Assembly: GCA_028534125.1 (NCBI GenBank)
Contig: CM052818.1
Span: forward strand, 22,322,001-22,386,000
DNA: 64,000 nt
Origin: Lama glama
Taxonomy: Eukaryota
Direction of reading: 5' to 3'
Below, one piece after another: positions 49,271 to 61,211 of the stretch (position 1 is the stretch's first letter; every line of letters starts with the position of its first letter). The notes beneath the pieces are model-generated. The model was not told the DNA's origin. It ran no database searches and saw only the letters and a program-made list of their open reading frames with translations. The position numbers and the translations under genes are program-made.

Positions 49271-51501
49271 CCTTGCCCACAGCGAGCCTTGCTGTGCGAT
49301 GTTATCAGCTCCTCTGCTTACTTAATTCCTTGGTTGACATCACCCCCGCCTCAGTCTTCTCCTTCTCGGCACTGCAGCCTGTTGTATCCTGGAAGAGAAG
49401 GCAGTGAAGGGCTCTTGCCAGAAGCTACCAGGGCAAGTAAATTAGGACCCTCAGCTCTTGGCCTTTAGCCTCAAGGCACTTGGCCTAGTCTCTTGCTGCA
49501 TATGGACCTTAGTTTACCTCCCAGGAAATGCTGTCTGGATCAGGTTTCAGAGACACCTTCCTGCCCCCGCCTCGTACTTACTGCCTCTCCCCTTGTTCAG
49601 GTGTGGGCAGAGCTATATCCTTGGGGTACAGTCCCCAAGTCCAGCCCTCAGCTGGCTAGGGCATTTGCTCCCTCAGTTCTGTCTTGTGCAGGCCCAGGTG
49701 CCTCTGGGCCCCTGTGATGGGCCTCGGGGTTCCCAGGCTCAGACTGTGCTGCCCTGCTGGCTGCTGGCCACCTCTCTGTCCAGCCACCCTGCCCTGGGAC
49801 CCAGCTCCCTCAGAGGTTCACCAACTCTTTCCTCTGCCCCTGGCCCCCTGGGCAGCCTCCTGGGAGCCTAAGCTAGTCCTTCTCCTCTGTAGCCCAGCAT
49901 TCCCAGTCTCCTCCTCTCCCCTTGTCACTGTCCCAGTGCTGACCCAGTGTGGTCATTGGCACATGGAGGATGCTTCCCCCCAACCCTTGCGGCCAGGTGG
50001 GAGGAGAAGGGAGGGGTTCAGTGTTCAGTTCCTCTCTGCACACTGTCCTACTCTGCCCCCTCCCCACCACTGGAGACGGACAGCAGAGGGGTGAGGCTGA
50101 GAGGCCGCAGAGAGAGGCTCAGCTCAGGCCACTGGAGTTGGACCTCAGTCCGTGATGGGAGGCAGCCCAAGCCTAGCCTGCCAGGGAGGCAGTGAGGGAA
50201 GTGGGTGGGGCTGGGCAGAGAGAAAAGCCAGCCCTTTGAACTGCCCCAACAGCATCCTCTGTGGCCCCAGGAGACAGTTCCTCAAAGGTCACTGCCTGGG
50301 GCTGGGGGAAAGGGGAGGGGGAGGTTTCTCAACACCAGTCATTTTCACTCTAGTTACTTGACCAAAATGAATTGTTCTTAGAAGGAAAAAGAAAAACAAA
50401 CAAACAAAAAACCAAAAAACCCACCACTGAGGTCACTCCTGTTACCCCAGCAGCTGATGAAAGATCCTGAGAGCAGATAGCACACCTGGGCCAGGGCTGT
50501 TCTCGTTCCTCCGCCCCCCAACCCCATTCTCCCTGCCTGGCCACTCTGCACCCAAACACTGGCTGCTGCTTTGGCATCTTGGGATGTTGTAGAATGCTGT
50601 TTCAAGTAAGGAGGGGGTAGGCCTGGAGGAGCAGGCCTGGGCTTAGCCCCACGCACCGCAGTCTCTCTTGGCTTCTGTTTCCCCACCTGCCAAATGAGGG
50701 AGACCATTGAGGAACCAATGAGTTTGGCGGTGATTATGAGCCAGCCAACAGGCTGGGGTCCTTTAGAGAAGGGAAAAGGGAGTTAAGGAGGGTTTTGGTG
50801 GAGAACTTTAAATCTGTTGACTACATCTGCTCGTGGAATCTTTTAGGTTCCCTTTAGGCCCTGAATTGAGTTCTCACCAATGCTCTCAGCAAGGTGCACA
50901 CCTTGAGAATGATGGGCACCATTGCTGAACTTAGCTTGTGGTCAGCTTCGGCCCCTGGATCCTTTTTTCAAGTTTGAGAACACAGGGCCCTCAGTTAAGC
51001 CTAGTGGGTGTTCTGCTGTAGTACTTCCCTACTTGGCTGCAGACTAAACTCAAATTCTAGTCAAACCTGACTGCTTTCCTCAGTGGGAGAGTGCAGCCCG
51101 GTTTCAGATGCAGTTTGAGCTCTTATCCTCTTCAGCCTTGAGGCCAAGGCTCACCTACACTTCTATAGCCTACACATACCTCAGACACATTTATCCCAGA
51201 TTGAGCTTGTCATCTTTCTCTTACTAGCCCCTTCCTTCACTTGGGTGCAAAGATCTTAGTTCATGAGTGATTCTCCATCACCCAAGCTAGAGGCTGAGTC
51301 ATCTTTGACCACTACTTTTTGTCCACCGCATCTGATTCACCATCTCATCTAGAGGATTCTTACACTGGTATCTGGAGTGAGTCTTCATTCCCTCTTCTCC
51401 GTTCCCCACACCCTCTAGTTTTGTAATAGTTTAGATCCTCATCTCTTAAGAATAGCCAGTAGAACCAATCAGACCTCCTGAGCCATCCCTCACACCCAGG
51501 C

Positions 51502-51862
51502 AGCCAGATGCTGACCTGGAATGCTGGCAAACCTGGGTCTTCTGGTTCCAAAGCCAAGACTGTCCATTCTACTGCTGTCCTTCAGATATGACAGAACCAT
51601 TACCTTGTCCCCTTTGGCCAGCCTTTCCTCCAGGACCCAGTGCTGTCCACATGGGGCTGTGACACCCAGTGTCAGAATTGTTCTCAGGCAGGAGGCAATG
51701 CAGGCTGCCACGCTCATCTCCCTTACTGAGACTACAGCGGTTTGATCAAGGCTCGAGTTTGCCCCCATCCACACGGAGCCAGATGCTGACCTGGCATGAT
51801 GGCAAACTTGGGTCTTCTGGCTCCAAAGCCAAGACTCTATCCATTCTCCTGTTGTCTTTTCC
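51502..51862. repeat. Local direct duplication of an ~83-bp segment (51502-51583 and 51777-51862)
   Basis: AGCCAGATGCTGACCTGG.ATG.TGGCAAAC.TGGGTCTTCTGG.TCCAAAGCCAAGACT..TCCATTCT.CTG.TGTC occurs twice. Confidence 0.9.
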
Positions 51863-53169
51863 AGTTTTTTTTGCATCTGTATCACTCAGTCTCCTCATCT
51901 GCACAATGGGCATAAAAATTCCTTTTCCTCTTTCTTTGTCCAGAGGAGAGGAGAAGAAAGGGGCTAAGATAGGAAGCTGGGAGGAGGTGGAGACCCTGCT
52001 GTGTACAGGGCAGGCAAGCTCGGTGGAGTGAGGGATATAAAAGGGTAAACAGGAGGTGAAGGAGGCCAGCCCTGTCTCCACCCTTCTAGTGGCCCAAGCC
52101 CTGTACCTGAGTCCACAGCACCCCCTGCTGGCAGATCACCCAGAAGCTCCCTGTGGGCAGCACCAGCCCCATACTTCGAATTTCGCTTTGTTGCCCCTGC
52201 CCTTTGGGAGCCCATTGCAAGAGTGGAAGTGCACTCATGGCTCAGGAAGGCCAGACTGGGGGTGGGAGCTAGTGCTTCTGCCTGAGAAGGGAACTTCCTA
52301 GGCTCAGGGGTTCAGCATTCTCCTCCTGCAAATCTCTTTCAGAGAGAAAGTTCTGCAGCCTGGCAGGAAGCCGGATGGTCTGCTCCAAGCCCAGCAGCTC
52401 CCCTTGATTAGAGCTACCTCCCCACTACACTCCCATCCCACAGGGTCCATGGGGGAGACAATAGATGAGGGCGGACCCTGAGAAATCACAGCGAGGGGCT
52501 GCTCAGGTCCTTTGCTTGCCCTTGGGCCAGGCCCTCTCATCAGCATCCTCAACATCTAGCGATGGTCCCCCAGCCCTCCAGAGCCCAGGCCCGCCTTCCG
52601 CCTCCTCAGGACACATCGGCAGCAGCTCCATTATTTCAGCATTCAGTATTGGCTGCTGTGGATTCATGGAGAAATAAGCCCCTAACTAGCTCCCTAGAAG
52701 CTCAGACATACCACTATTCCCCTGTCCTCTCCCTTCCCATTCATCCCCAGCATCTTCCCTGCTCTGGGCTCTAAGACCTGCTCTGGAGGAAGGCAGGCAA
52801 AACACACCCCAGATGAAAATCCAGCCAGCTGTGGTTACCCTCCTGCCCCTCCTTGGAAAGTCTTCTCTCACCCCTCAACCCCGGGCTCTGCTCACTGTCT
52901 TTGAAACCTCCTCCTCAAACTGCATCCTTCTTGGACTTCTTATATAAGGACCAGATCGCAATCCTCCTCTTCCAGGAAGTTTTCCTCAATGATTTTCCAG
53001 AATTCAGTCATTTCCAGGATCTCCTGGCACATGCTGCTGTGTCCTGGGTACGTTAATTATCCTATCTGTTCCACAGAAGCTCTGGGCCTCAGGAGGGCAT
53101 ACCTGTGTCACCTCCTTCCATGGTAAGACATGGGACCATCCATACATGTCCCGTTAAGTCCACTTACAT

Positions 53170-53383
53170 CAGTAGTTCTCACCTGGACACGATTTTGCCC
53201 TCAGGGGACATCTGGCAAAGTCTGGAGATAATTTTGATTGTCAGAGTTGGGAGGTGGTACTACTGGCATCTAGTGGTGGAGACCAAGGATGCTGCCCAAC
53301 AGTCCTACAATGCATAGGACAGTCCCCACAACAAAGAAGTATTCCGCCCCAAATGTCAATAGCGTCAAAGTGGAGACATCCTG
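53170..53383 (+). mobile_element. MER20 hAT-Charlie MITE, full length
   Basis: CAGTAGTTCTCA...CAGGGGACATCTGGCAAAGTCTGGAGA...TACTGGCATCTAGTGG..GAGACCAAGGATGCTGC..AACA.TCCTACAATGCATAGGACAG...AAATGTCAATAG. Confidence 0.95.
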
Positions 53384-54599
53384 GCTTAAATAAACCTGCA
53401 GATTGAGGACTAAAATAGTGGCCAAAAAAGGGGCAATGGCTCATGCTGGGGAAAGGGACAGAGCAGGTGCTTCATAACAGACACCAGCTTCCCCTTGCCT
53501 TGATAATCCCATGTGCCTTCCAATTCCCTTTCTGGGTCAGTTGTGTCTTGAGTAGGTGGAGGTGACTTGAGCCAGAGGAGGAGGAGCCAGGGCCTGCCTG
53601 GAGAAGCCAAGGGGAAGCAGGCTCTGTGTGCAGAGCCCTTTGGGAACAGGGGGTGCTGTGACCTCAGTGTAGTCACCTGTAAAATGGGTTTAGTAGTTCC
53701 CTTCCATTCCTACTGGTCGAAAGTCCTAAACTGTATCTCTCGGATGTGCAGTCATTTCCCCCCCTGCTGATGGGCAGGAGCATCCAGCAGGGCTGAGGGT
53801 GGAGTACCAGCCACCAGCCCCTTAGACAGATGTGGGGGGTTATTGTAGCTCCAACTGCCCTCCCAGGAAACAGCTGTAAGAACAAGAATGCTTTGATAGG
53901 CTTCATCAAAGCTGCCTGGGGACTGACTGGGTAGGGGGCATGGAGTCTCCAGCTGGGAGCAGCTGTTAGCCAGGCCCCAAAGCAGAGGTGGAGGCTACGA
54001 AGGGTGCCCCACCCCCACCTTTGGTTGGGGTTAAGAATGTCCCAGAGGCACGTCACCCTGAGACCACCCTCTCCAGGGGCTCTTCAGGGTCCTTCTCTGA
54101 GTCCTCCCTGGGTGGGCTCTGGTGGCCAGTGCTCTCGGCAGCTTCTTCCTATGAAGAGCTCTTTCACTGTGGCTCTGGTGCTCCAGGGCAGGGGTCCACA
54201 AGGAGGGCAGGGTGAAGCTGGCCTTCTCAGCCCCCTTACTCCGGGAGGGTCCCTGGGGCTCAGTTAACGAGGGGACTGTGAGTAAGTCTCTCCCCAGAGC
54301 TCCTAGACCAGCCTCACTGAGGGGCCAAGCCTGTCCTGAGAAAGACAGGTCCAAGAAGAACAAACAGGAGGCAGTACTAGCTTAAAAGCTCTCTGCCAGT
54401 CAGCGCCCCTCCAGCACCTTCCACGATGAAAATGTTGCCTGACAGCTCCTCCTGCGGGGTGGGGCGTGCACATGTTCACGTGTGCGTGCACGTGTGTGCA
54501 TGTGCATGTGTACACACACTGCACAGAGACTGAGCTGGGACAGCCACGGGTCTTCCACTGTGACGGCCTTGGGGTGAAGGGTGTATTTTGCAGTTCACC

Positions 54600-54790
54600 C
54601 TGGATCCAGAGGCTGGACTCTCTCCGAGACATTAACGCCTCAGTTTCCTCATCTGTTAGTGGGCCTAAGAACAGTTCCTCCCTCATGGGCTGTTGGCAGG
54701 GTTGAGTGGAGTCATGTATGCACAGCACGCAGCACAGTTTCTGGGGGGAGGGCCAGCGCTCGGTAAAGCTGGTGATTGTGGTTGCTGTTA
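54600..54790 (+). mobile_element. MIR SINE fragment
   Basis: GCCTCAGTTTCCTCATCTGT...CCTCATGGGCTGTTGGCAGGGTTGAGTG. Confidence 0.8.
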
Positions 54791-55214
54791 TCACCATCAT
54801 CATCACCATTTAGGGGAACATCGCTCCAGATTCCAGCTTCTAGGTAATCTATTGCTTTAACTTGATGTGAAAAACAAAGCGCTTTCGAGTTTTGTTTTGT
54901 TTTGTTTTGTTTTTCATGTCTTGAGGAGGCATGGTTGGGTGGAAGCTTTAGCCCGAGAATCACCTTGGACATCTGCGGTTCAGGATGACCATCCAGATGG
55001 GGTGGCTGGGGATGCAACTGGAATCGGCTGTGTTCCTGCTGCCTTCAGCAAAAGTGTATGACTTGTGCTCAGTCTGGGTGTGTGGGCGGGGTGTGCTGTG
55101 TGCTCTGGGAGGGCGTGTGTGCAGATGAGAACATTTTCCCGTCCTGTGTGTGTGTGAGGGTTTCTCTGTGTGTCTGACCCTCTGGGTTTATCTGTCCCAC
55201 TGTTTCTGTCATTC

Positions 55215-55700
55215 TTTCTTTCTTTTTCAAATTTTAGATTTGTTTTTTATTGAGGTAATATTGATTTATAGCATTATATGCTTCATGTGCATGACATTAT
55301 ATTTCAAATTCTATACACTGTACAGTGTGCTCACAACCAAAAATATAGTTTCTGTCTGTCAGTATAGTTGATTCCCTTTACCCACTTCGCCCTCCCTATC
55401 CTCCACCCCTTCCCCTCTGGTAACTGCTACTCTGTTCTCTGCGTCCAAGTTTTAGTTTATGTTTGGTTTGTTCTTTTATTTTGGTGGGGGGTTGTCACTG
55501 TTGTTGCTTGTTTTTAGATTCCACATGGGCGTGAAATCACGTGGCACTTGTTTCTTTCCATCTGATTTATTTCACTTAGCATAATACCCTCAAGGTCCAC
55601 CTATGTTGTCACAAATGGCAAAATTTCATCCTTTTTATGGCTGAGCGGTCTTCCATTGCAAAGATACCGTATGTTTATCAGTTCATCTGTTGATGGGACC
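55215..55700 (-). mobile_element. LINE-1 3' end (same subfamily as 5641-6357)
   Basis: TTTTTATTGAGGTAATATTG...GTGCTCACAACCAAAAAT...CCCCTCTGGTAAC...TTTCACTTAGCATAATACCCTCAAGGTCCA...GTCACAAATGGCAA. Confidence 0.92.
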
Positions 55701-56276
55701 TCACTGTTTAAGGGAACGCGTCTGTGTAGCTCTGTGCTTTTGTTTTTGCTGCTGTGTGTGTTTTTGTGGGTACCTGGTAGTTTAGGTCCTTCCCCCCAGT
55801 GTCCCTGTAGGTTTGATTTGTGGGAACCTCAGCTGAGTGGGGGGCTCTGGGGCTGAGGTGACTGGAGGGGGGCAGGCTACTTCCTAAAGAGGGCTGGGCT
55901 TGGAAGCCATGCTGGATTCGGAAATGTCCTTTTCATGCAAGCAGAGGTTAAAGAGTCTCCTTTCCTTAAGCTAAGAGTGCTTACTAAATCTGACTCTGAG
56001 CAAGGAGGGAGCTTAGAGTTCCTCCCTGGACCAGTTCTCGCATTTGACTGACTGGGGGAGGGGGTGGGTCCTGAGACCAGCTGGTGACGGGGATGATTGA
56101 GGTTGGGACTGATAGGGCTGTGGGCTGCTGTCAGGGGTCTCCCTGGCCCCACGCCCTTCTCTGAATGGTCCCTTCTCAGGACTAGACCTCGGGCAGGGGT
56201 AAGAGTCTCAGCAGAGAACCTAGCCTTCAGCTGGGCCTACGCAGGGACTTCTCTGTGAACAGCCTCCTAGAGCGGG

Positions 56277-56455
56277 TAGGGTTCCCCCAATAAACAACGA
56301 AGAGCTATTTTAGCATTAGTGTGTCCTGACTATTGCTTGGGACGTGCTTATACTAAAAATGGTTTGCGGAAAGAAAAAAAAAGATTCGCTATTGGTCTGA
56401 AATTCGAATTTAACTGGACATCCTGTATTTTTATTGGCTGACCCTGATAACTCTA
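56277..56455. mobile_element. MER53 palindromic hAT MITE with part of the left arm deleted
   Basis: TAGGGTT...ATAAACAACGAA...TGGGACGTGCTTATACTAAAAA...TCTGAAATTCGAATTTAACTGGACATCCTGTATTTTTATT...TGATAACTCTA. Confidence 0.85.
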
Positions 56456-56914
56456 CATCAGGGCCAGGGGCTGGGGGCTGGTGAAGAAGTGGGGAGGCTT
56501 TAGCCATGTTCCACCCAAGGACAGCTGTCTCAAGTCAATCCAAGTCGAGTGTCTCTTAGGGCCAGCCTTGTGTCAGGAGCAGTGGGGGTGACAGCTCTGA
56601 GACCCAGGGCTTTGCCTGTGGGTCACATGTTCCAGCTCAGTGGGCCTGAGTGTGGGATCAGGGTTACTGCACCGGGTCTGGAAACCAGACTGGTCAACGG
56701 GAGATCTGCAGATGTGGCCACTGTTTTTCAAAAGTCAAGAGATACCATTGTGATGAATAAAATGCACATTTGTTTAAAGGCAAGCATTACATAATAGCTT
56801 TTGGCTCTTAAAACCTTTTCTCAAGAAAATACCAAAAGTGTAATTACTAGGCTAGAAGGACGTTCTTCGGGTTTTCACACTAGAAAAAGTCTGAGGACTA
56901 TTAGGCCTTAGGAC

Positions 56915-57417
56915 TCTGGGATTTGACCTTTCATGGACCATGGACCCAACGGGCATCTGGCGAAGCCTGTGGATTTTTTCTTGGAATGATGTTTTCAAAC
57001 GTATAAAAGCAAATCCATAGATAGGACTGGGAAAGAAACCGTGGTATGAAAATACAGATATCAAAATATGAAGGAAAGGGCTTTATGGAAGGGCAATAGC
57101 TGTGCTTCTTTATCGACACTATAGGAGTGATCGTTCTAAAGTAGTGACGGGTGGATATTTCAAATGATTGGCAACACATCTAATGTGATCTCAAAATGCC
57201 TGTGATTTCTATTGGTGACAAAGTCACAGTTTCTGCCAATATTACTATCGGCCGTTCCCTGCATTTACAATGAAAGGAAATGCTACATTTCAGCTAGACG
57301 CTAGTGAAAATAAAGACATATATTTTTCCCACCCAAAGTCGTGGATCCCTGAACTCTATCCACAGACCTCTACTGTGGGATGTGTATGTGTGGTCTTTGG
57401 GTTAAGTGCACCTGCTC
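56915..57417 (+). mobile_element. Charlie4a (MER80)-like hAT transposon
   Basis: CCATGGACCC...CTGGCGAAGCCTGTGGA...CTGTGATTTCTATTGGTGACAAAGTCACAG...GAAAGGAAATGCTACATTTCAG...GTGAAAATAAAGA. Confidence 0.85.
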
Positions 57418-57634
57418 TAGAGGGAAAACCCACAGGAGGGACTTAGAATAGAGTGTAGGTAAGAGTCACAGAAACTGGGAGAAATCAGACAGAAACATGA
57501 TGGGTAAACTGAAGGTATGGGTCAGTGTGTGGGTGGACTGTGTCTGCCCATAGGACTCCCAGGAAGACCCCAAGGATGCTCCCACCTGCACTGACTGAGC
57601 CAGCCTTGAAGCTCGGATTAAGCGTTGCCCTCTG

Positions 57635-58060
57635 TGTCCACAGCCACATAAACACAAAAAAGATCTGAATGTCACCCACCTTCCAAGGGTCCAAAACATT
57701 GTGGCGCAGAAGGCAGCCCAATTATCCTCAGAAGAGCACCCCCAGGAGAAACAAGCTTGAACTCCATGCCATCATTTAGTTCCCCTGGACCAGTGAGTCA
57801 GCTTTGGAGAAATGGAAGACAGTAACACACTTGTGTTCTTTGTGGAGGTCAAGGCCAACAAGCACCAGATGGGACAGGCTGTGAAGAAGCTCTATGACAT
57901 TGACATGGCCAAGGTCAACACCCTGATCAGGCCTGACGGCGAGGAGAAGGCTCCTGACTGTGATGCTGTGGATGTTGCCAACAAAATTGGGATCATCTAA
58001 ACTGAGTCCGGCTGGCTAACTCTAAACATACAATTTTTCACTATAAGTTAAAAAAAAAAA
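57635..58060 (+). pseudogene. RPL23A: 5'-truncated processed pseudogene of 60S ribosomal protein L23a (uL23)
   Basis: ORF 57812-58000 [54 protein letters not shown]; upstream VHSH..KKI*MSPTF...RRQP.YP.KS.PRRNKL; stops TGA 57666 and TAG 57777, 1-nt frameshift near 57810, A tail 58050-58061, TSD A(A/G)GC(G/A)TTGCCCTCTG at 57620-57634 and 58061-58075. Confidence 0.98.
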
Positions 58061-58494
58061 AGGCATTGCCCTCTGACATCCCTCCCCCTAGTATGGAGTG
58101 TGTGGCCATAGCCAGGGCGCTGGGGCCTGGGGCGTTCTGGAGAGAAGGCTTTGAGGGGATGGCCTCAGGCAGAGCTGGTAACCTGGTGAGAAGGGGGCCC
58201 TGAGTTTGGTTTGGTTTGGTTTTGTATTGTTGTTTAAGTGGCGAGAGGACTCACACAATATGAACACAGATGCAGATGTGCAAATATACAAGCAACTTGG
58301 TAAGTGTATTGTCACAGGAATTAGGACATTATAATGACGATCTTCTGCAATTCATAAATAGTGCCCTCCTGCAGGCTGTCGACTCTAGCTCCAGTTTGAC
58401 TGCTTGTTAAACCATCAGGCTGAGCTAACCCAGAATATCTGCATTCCAAATGTGTGACACTGGAGTTAATCTTGAACTCACTGTAGATCAATGC

Positions 58495-58927
58495 CTTTTA
58501 TTTAAAAATTTTTTTTCCAGGCCTATTGAGATGTAATTGACATATAACAGTGTGTAGGTTTAAGGTGAGCAACAATGATTTGATGTACGATTGAATTATG
58601 AATTGAGTATCACAGTAAGTTTAACTAACATCCATCACCTCACATAGCTGCAATTTTTTTCTTGCGGTAAGAACTTTAGAGATCTACTCTCTTAGTGACT
58701 TTCAAATATACAAGGTAGTATCGTTAAGTGTAGTCACCCTGCTGTATATTACATTTCAGAGCTTATTAATCTTATAACTCGAAGTTTTGCCTTTTGACTA
58801 CCTTCACGTATTTTCCCTACCCACCAGCTCTGCCTCTGGTAACCGTCAGTCTGTTCTCTGCTTCTATGAGCTCTGTTTATTTTTTAGATTCCACATATAA
58901 GTGAGACCAAACTGACTTATTTCACTT
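58495..58927 (-). mobile_element. LINE-1 3' UTR fragment (L1MA9-like)
   Basis: TATTGAGATGTAATTGACATATAAC...TAACATCCATCACCTCACATAG...ATCTACTCTCTTAG...TTTAGATTCCACATATAAGTGAGA. Confidence 0.9.
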
Positions 58928-60091
58928 GACCCTGGTTATGAGAGGACTGTGGGTGCCTTTGGAATGAGAGGGAGGGAGGCAGGGAAGGAGGGAGGGTGTG
59001 TCCCTCCAGGGTTTGTCTTGGTGGGGTCAGAGTGCATAGGATAAGATGCAGAGGGGAGGAAACCATGAGGAAGTTTCTGAAAATCTGTGCCTTTTGCCTC
59101 CTTTCTGAACTTCCCTTCCCCTCCCCTCACTCCTCCTCCCACCCAGAACCAGGATCCAATTTCCCCTTTTTTCAAAATACAACTCAAAACAGATTTAATC
59201 TCTGGGAATTGTTCTGTGAAGGGAACCTGTAGAGGCGAGTTGTCTCTGAAGTTGTAAGAGAAATCTATCTACCTCAAGAGTCTGAAAATGAAAAGTCCAT
59301 TTGGCGTGTGAAGCTTCTCGAATCTCTGGCTGCTACATCCTACCTGCAGTGGACATCATCTAGGGCTACACCTCAGGGTTGGTGTCCCTCCCCTCCCTCA
59401 CCCCATAGGGACCTTTCAAAAATAACTACATGGAAACCCTAAATCTGGAGAGGGACCAGCACCCTGTGACCCATGATCTAGGCTAAGAGTGCAGATGTCT
59501 GGCCCCCCTCCCAGCCTAAGGCACTGGAATCGTCTAGCCGCCACTGGAGATTCTGCAGCAGACAATCCACAAAGTGCTCTGAGCAACCTCAGCCCGCTGG
59601 CTGGTGGCCCTGCTGGGAGCTAGCGACCTCTCTTTCTGCAGTGCTTTGGAGACTGGGCTTTGGGATGGAACTTTCAAGCCCTTGAGAACTGCCTCCTGTT
59701 GCTCTCAATCATTCTGAAATGGGGTCAGATGTGATGGGTTGGGTGGTGTTCAGTGTGTGAGCCATGTGCCAGGTGCAGAGAGGGCACAGAGTGACAGAGC
59801 ATGACGTGCTGGGGTCACTTGACACATGTTGTCTCAGCCCCCACTCCACTGGTGTAGGAATGATACCCTCTGACCTCCCATCACTCATGGCCATGGGTAC
59901 AGATAGTCCCACAGAAATCCTGGGCCTTCCAACCCGCTGGGACAAGCTGTCTCCGATCCACCATGGACCATTTGTGTCTGTGGTCCTAGAAGCCAAAGGC
60001 CTCTTCCACCAACCTGCTGGGAGTCACCAGGCCAGTATTTCCAAAACTGTCTTCTGAGCCACATTAGCGTGTCATGAAATACAGTAAAGTG

Positions 60092-60307
60092 CATTTGACC
60101 CTTGACCAGCAAGGAGGTTAGGAGTGCCGACCCTGACACAGTTGAAAAGCCATGTGTAACTTACAGTCGGCCCTCTGCAGCCGTAGTTCTGCATTGGGAT
60201 TTCAACCAACTTCTGATTGTGTAGTATTGTAGTATTTAATGTTGAAAAAAAATCGGAGTATAACTGGACCCATGCGTTTCAAATCTGTGTTGTTTAAGGG
60301 TCAGCTG
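60092..60307. mobile_element. Tigger2-derived (TcMar) MITE
   Basis: TIRs CATTTGACCCTTGACCAGC and GTTGTTTAAGGGTCAGCTG, the right TIR followed by TA. Confidence 0.85.
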
Positions 60308-60579
60308 TATTCTCCTACATACATGCCAAACTAGCAATATTTTCCTATAAAATTTATTTTGCTAAAGTATGTGTGTGGAAAGTGACAAATACGTGCATAC
60401 ACATCATGTGATAACCCGCCTTTACAAAATGAGACGCTTTCTCTGAAAACAGCAGGGATTCATATTAGGGCTTGTGTATTGTAGGATATTGAGATGCTGT
60501 GCTCCAATACATGTGGAAGTGCTGTGCTGGAGTGTGACATCCTTGAGGACAAGAGTCAGGACTGGTGTCCCCTCATATG

Positions 60580-61071
60580 CTGGTGGACGGTTACATTGGG
60601 GGCCCCCAAAGAACCACACATGTTTGGTCTTCATGCCCTTGTATAGTCCTCTCCCACACGTGGGCTTGGGCATGTGACTGGCTCTGGCCAATGTGCCATT
60701 AGAAGCATGATGCAAGCAAAGACCTGACAAGTGCTTGCTTCTCTTCTTGGGACTTGTCCTCTTTGAACACTCTTAGTGAAGCCAGCCACCAAGCTGTCAA
60801 GAAACTTGTGAAGGACAAGATAGCGCTTGGAGATTGAAAGACCATGTGGAGGAGATAACAAACCAAATACTTTAGTGAGGTTTTCTTGTATTTTCTAACC
60901 TAGCCCCGCTAAAAGAGTGGCATGAACTGATGTCACCTGGAGCAGAAGAACCACCCATCTAAGCCCGGCCCAAAATCCTGATCCACAGAATCATGAGAAA
61001 GAATAAATTGTTGCTCTTTTGAGGTACTAAGTTTTGGGATGATTTGTTACATAGCAATAGATAACTGAAAT
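60580..61071 (+). mobile_element. MLT1 (G/H-like) MaLR solo LTR
   Basis: TCATGCCCTTGTATAGTCCTCTCCCAC...CATGTGACTGGCTCTGGCCAATG...GAGCAGAAGAACCACCCA...TTTGTTACATAGCAATAGATAACTGAAA. Confidence 0.9.
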
Positions 61072-61211
61072 GCTTACAGTAGGTGTGTAATAAATGTGTG
61101 AAAAACGAGTGGTTGACAAACCACAGTGTCAGCTCTGGGCTTATCCTTTACTTAAGATTGGTCCTGGATACTCATTGAGCCTTGATCACATCAACCTTCT
61201 TATATGATTCC

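Noticed and set aside
51502..51862. Repeat-spacer-repeat as a CRISPR-like array
   Set aside because: Only two imperfect ~83-bp copies in mammalian DNA, with no cas genes.
57812..58000. RPL23A ORF as a functional CDS
   Set aside because: 5' truncation, upstream stops, frameshift, internal deletion, poly(A) and TSD indicate a processed pseudogene.
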